Positions 60,550-64,000 of a stretch of 64,000 nucleotides of DNA are shown in pieces. The DNA lies in the NCBI RefSeq assembly GCF_009914755.1, contig NC_060945.1. One strand, written 5' to 3'. Numbering within the stretch: position 1 is the first letter of the stretch; each line of letters begins with the position of its first letter. Origin of the DNA: the human T2T-CHM13v2.0 reference genome, Homo sapiens. The notes under the pieces were generated by a model that saw only the letters and a list, made by a program, of their open reading frames with translations, made no database searches and was not told where the DNA came from. Made by a program: the position numbers and the translations under genes.

Positions 60550-60770
60550 CGGGTTTTGAGTGACACCAGGGGTCAGGCTGCCCAGACTCACAACCTGGCT
60601 CTGCTTCATAGAAGCCTGGGGTCAACTGAGCCCTAGGCATTAGTTCCCTCATCTTTAAAATGAGGTTAATAATAGTACTGAAATCATTGTGGAGGAATAA
60701 TTATTAAATGAGTTAATATGGATAAACAGCTTGGGACCATGACTGATCTACAGTAAGCAGTCAGTGTCTA
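60550..60770. mobile_element. MIR
   Basis: agttccctcatctttaaaatgaggttaataatagtac...ttaaatgagttaat. Confidence 0.7.
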
Positions 60771-61063
60771 CCTAATTACACTCAGATAACCGAAACAAAG
60801 ATGTTTCATCTTACTAGTGTCTGAGAGGAGGCTGCCAATGTCACCAGGCAAGGCACATGAGGAGAACAGTGCGAGAAGCCATGGACAGCTTTATTACTTC
60901 TGACAATGACTGAACAACTGTCTTCCAACTCTCCCGTCAACTCCTGAAAGGTAGGTGTCTAGTGCCCATCACACATCCCAGCGCTAGCTCTTCAACAATT
61001 CTGTGGAGACTGTTCAGTCCAGGTTTGCTGAACAAACACTGCAACAAAGCTAGGAGGTTGTAG

Positions 61064-62018
61064 ACATTTCCTGTGGCTGCTGGAATAAGTTCTCACTCTT
61101 GAAATAATGCACATTTATTCTCTTACAGTTTTGGAGATGAGAAGTCTGAACTCAAGGGTGTCAGCAGGGCTGTATTCCTTCTGGAGGCACTAAAGAAGTT
61201 TATTATTATTATTATACTTTAAGTTCTGGGGTACATGTGGAGAACATGCAGGTTTGTTACATAGGTATATACATGCCATGGTGGTTTGCTGCACCCATCA
61301 ACCTGTCATCTACATTAGGTATATCTCCTAATGCTATCCCTCCCCTAGGCCCCCACCCTCTGACAGGCCCTGGTGTGTGATGTTCCCCTCCCTGTGTCCA
61401 TGTGTTCTCATTGTTCAGCTCCCACTGATGAGTGAGAACACGTGGTGTTTGGTTTTCTGTTCTTGTGTTAGTTTGCTGAGAATGATGGTTTCCAGCTTCA
61501 TCCATGTCCCTGCAAAGGATATAAACTCATCCTTTTTTATGGCTGCATAGTATTCCATGGTGTATATGTGCCACATTTTCTTTATCAAGTCTATTACTGA
61601 TGGGCATTTGGGTTGGTTCCAAGTCTTTGCTATTGTGAACAGTGCTGCAATAAACATACATGTGCATGTGTCTTTATAGTAGAATAACTTATAATCCTTT
61701 GGGTATGTACCTAGTAATGGGATTGCTGGGTCAAATGGTATTTCTGGTTCTAGATCCTTGAGGAATAGCCACACTGTCTTCCAAGTCTCTTAAGGGCTGC
61801 CTAAATTCCTTGGTTCATGGCCTCTTGCCTCTCTGTTATGAAGATCCTGGTGATGACACTGGGCCTGCCTGGCTAATCCAGGGTCATCTCTCCATCTCAA
61901 GATCTTTCCCTTAATCACATCTGCAAAGGCATTTTGTCATGTAAAGTAATACATTCACAGATTCCGTGGGTTGGGCTACAGACATCCTGGGGAGGGGGTG
62001 TATAGTTTTCTGTCTACC
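61064..62018 (-). mobile_element. MLT1 LTR split by an L1PA insertion
   Basis: Left piece ctcttacagttttggagatgagaagtctgaactcaag...ttccttctggaggc; right piece ttccttggttcatggcc...cttaatcacatctgcaaagg...ctacca. Confidence 0.8.
61199..61783 (-). mobile_element. 5'-truncated L1PA (L1PA6-8-like) 3' end
   Basis: ORF 61415-61774 gives the ORF2 C-terminus (EIPFDPAIPLLG...WNQPKCPS...HVFSLISGS), followed by the 3'UTR and a (TAT)n tail. Confidence 0.93.
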
Positions 62019-64000
62019 AAAGAGCTTGTGGAAGATTGGGAGAAAAATTGAATCAGATATGGGGATATGTGGGAGGAAATGAAGGAAAGATGGCCCTCCC
62101 TGGGGTAGAATCTGAGGATTTTTTAAACCATAATACTCCAAAGAATCAACTGGGTGCCTCCAGGAATAGAAATATAAGACTCCAGCCCCCAAGTCTGATT
62201 CTGTGGTCTGGAAAGTGGAATGGGAATCTGCATTCTTAGTTAGCTCTCTCATCTCCAGTGAAAACGACCCTTGGACATATTTGGACAAGCATACTCAGGA
62301 TGTGGCACTCCAGGTGGAGGAACTGAAAATGGGCCAGACTTTGGCTCATGAGAATCTCCTCTTTACACAATAATCCACAGCCAAAGGCTCTGTGTTTTAA
62401 AACCAGGGAGGTGGTAGAGCTGGATAGCTTTTGGGGACATCTGGGCCTAACAGCGAGTAGGAGAGGGGATAGAGGTGTTCACCGCTAAACTCCACCTAGC
62501 AGGTATGTTGGCCTAGGTGTCCTCTCAGAAGGAGGAAGACAGAGACAACCAAGCGCTCTGAGTGGAAAGCATTGCGTCTTCTCTCACATGTGCCATAGCA
62601 GCTGGGGGAAAAGAAAATGACTAATTTGTGTGTTGCCTAAATAAGCAACACCATCCAGAAGCATCTCTTTCCTTTTCCATGCCTAAACCATGTCTAAGTA
62701 CCGGCTTGACATGGCCTTAAATGACATGCAACTATTCTTTTTGGTGACAGCTCCCAGAGGTGACAGTGCAGTACTCGGGAGGAATTAAAAGACTTTCCGT
62801 AATTTTCTAGAATCCTACCACTTTCAGGTGAGAATGACTGTGCCCTTCTCACCTGAATCTGACAGTGATATAAGTCCCCATATAAGGTGATGATCCTGCT
62901 TCTCTTTGCTTGAGAGGCAGCGTCAATGCCACTCTGAAAAAAAGTAGATTCTAATTTGAGCATCATGTGTATCATTCACCGTCTAACTTATGATCTTTTA
63001 AACTTTCCCTAGGAATGGCTTCAGAGATGGAGAACAGTTATGTGTCCAGAGTGGAATCAGGCCATTATGATGGATTACCATCATTTCTCCCTATCTCTAG
63101 AAAGTCTGCTCCAAAGGTCTTTTCTGCAGAGAAGAATGCACAGCGTTTCAGGATGTCAAAACCTTAAATACCCGGATACTTAAAGATGAATCGGGCCCTA
63201 GCAAAGAACAGGAAAATTAGTTTTTCCTTTTTTTTCAAAGTGAGAAGAAATAATGATAGTACATGCTGGAAATATAATTTTGATATCACAAGTTTCTTAG
63301 GAAAAGGAAATAATAACCTATAACAACATTGCTTTAGATCACAAGATAGAGAAGTAGGCCTGTTTTGTATATGCTATTTTTGGATACCTGCCTTCTTAAA
63401 TTTGAGTTAATCACTTTACTGTGCAAGAAGAAATCAAAAAAAGCAACGATGAAAGAAGAGGCTCCTTCTAAGTTTTCAAGAGATAAAGAAAGTAATTTTA
63501 TAAGAGAGGAAATAAAATGTAATGCTTTTTCCAGCATAAGGTGAATGAGATCATCTGGGTTAGGAAGTTTTTCTATGCTGGGAAGATATGATAAAGTAAT
63601 TGAACATAAGTGCCTAGAATTTTATAGGAAACTCCCAAAGTCACTTGATTTAGAAGGACAGATGAGGCTCAATATGGCTTCTTCCCTCAGAAGTGGCATA
63701 GGTTACAGCAGTAGAAACTTAATCCAGCCTCAGAAAGAGTTCCCAAAGCACTCAAAAGTTGTATGCAAAAGACTTAGAAAACCGGGCTGGAAATATTTTA
63801 TACAGTAACCCTGAATGCTTTAGGATGGTTACTTTTTAATGTATTCCATGCTTGTCTAACACCTGCCCATTCCAGGGGGTACATACGCAGGGGCCTCTCC
63901 AGGCGAGCATCTCAGTTATACTTCCATCAGGTCCTGGCAGGAACACTGGATAGGGAGGCTAGATTCACTGCACATCGCCTCTACCATAGCTGCTCAGACC

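Overview
Primate (most likely human) genomic DNA from inside DSCAM, which is transcribed on the minus strand. Four coding exons with canonical GT-AG boundaries lie at 13346-13542, 12197-12293, 11437-11565 and 2113-2280. Spliced, they encode one Ig domain followed by the first FNIII domain (probably exons 12-15; numbering recalled, not verified). Everything from 13543 to 64000 is one long intron filled with Alu, L1, L2, MIR, MaLR-LTR and hAT elements, and it contains the 80-nt MIR4760 hairpin (36658-36737). Almost all ORFs in the supplied track are spurious. I found no convincing new biological system. The best leads are: (1) a ~1.8-kb G-rich, CpG-rich VNTR of ~64 units with higher-order structure and repeated splice-site-like and RE1-core-like motifs; (2) an atypical 3' splice site at the 2113-2280 exon; (3) a 111-bp templated insertion copied from 2.1 kb away into an old L1; (4) a twin-primed L1, and a possibly spliced or internally deleted mini-L1 carrying a nested insertion; (5) candidate poison cryptic exons. 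Repeat subfamily calls and boundaries are by eye and approximate.
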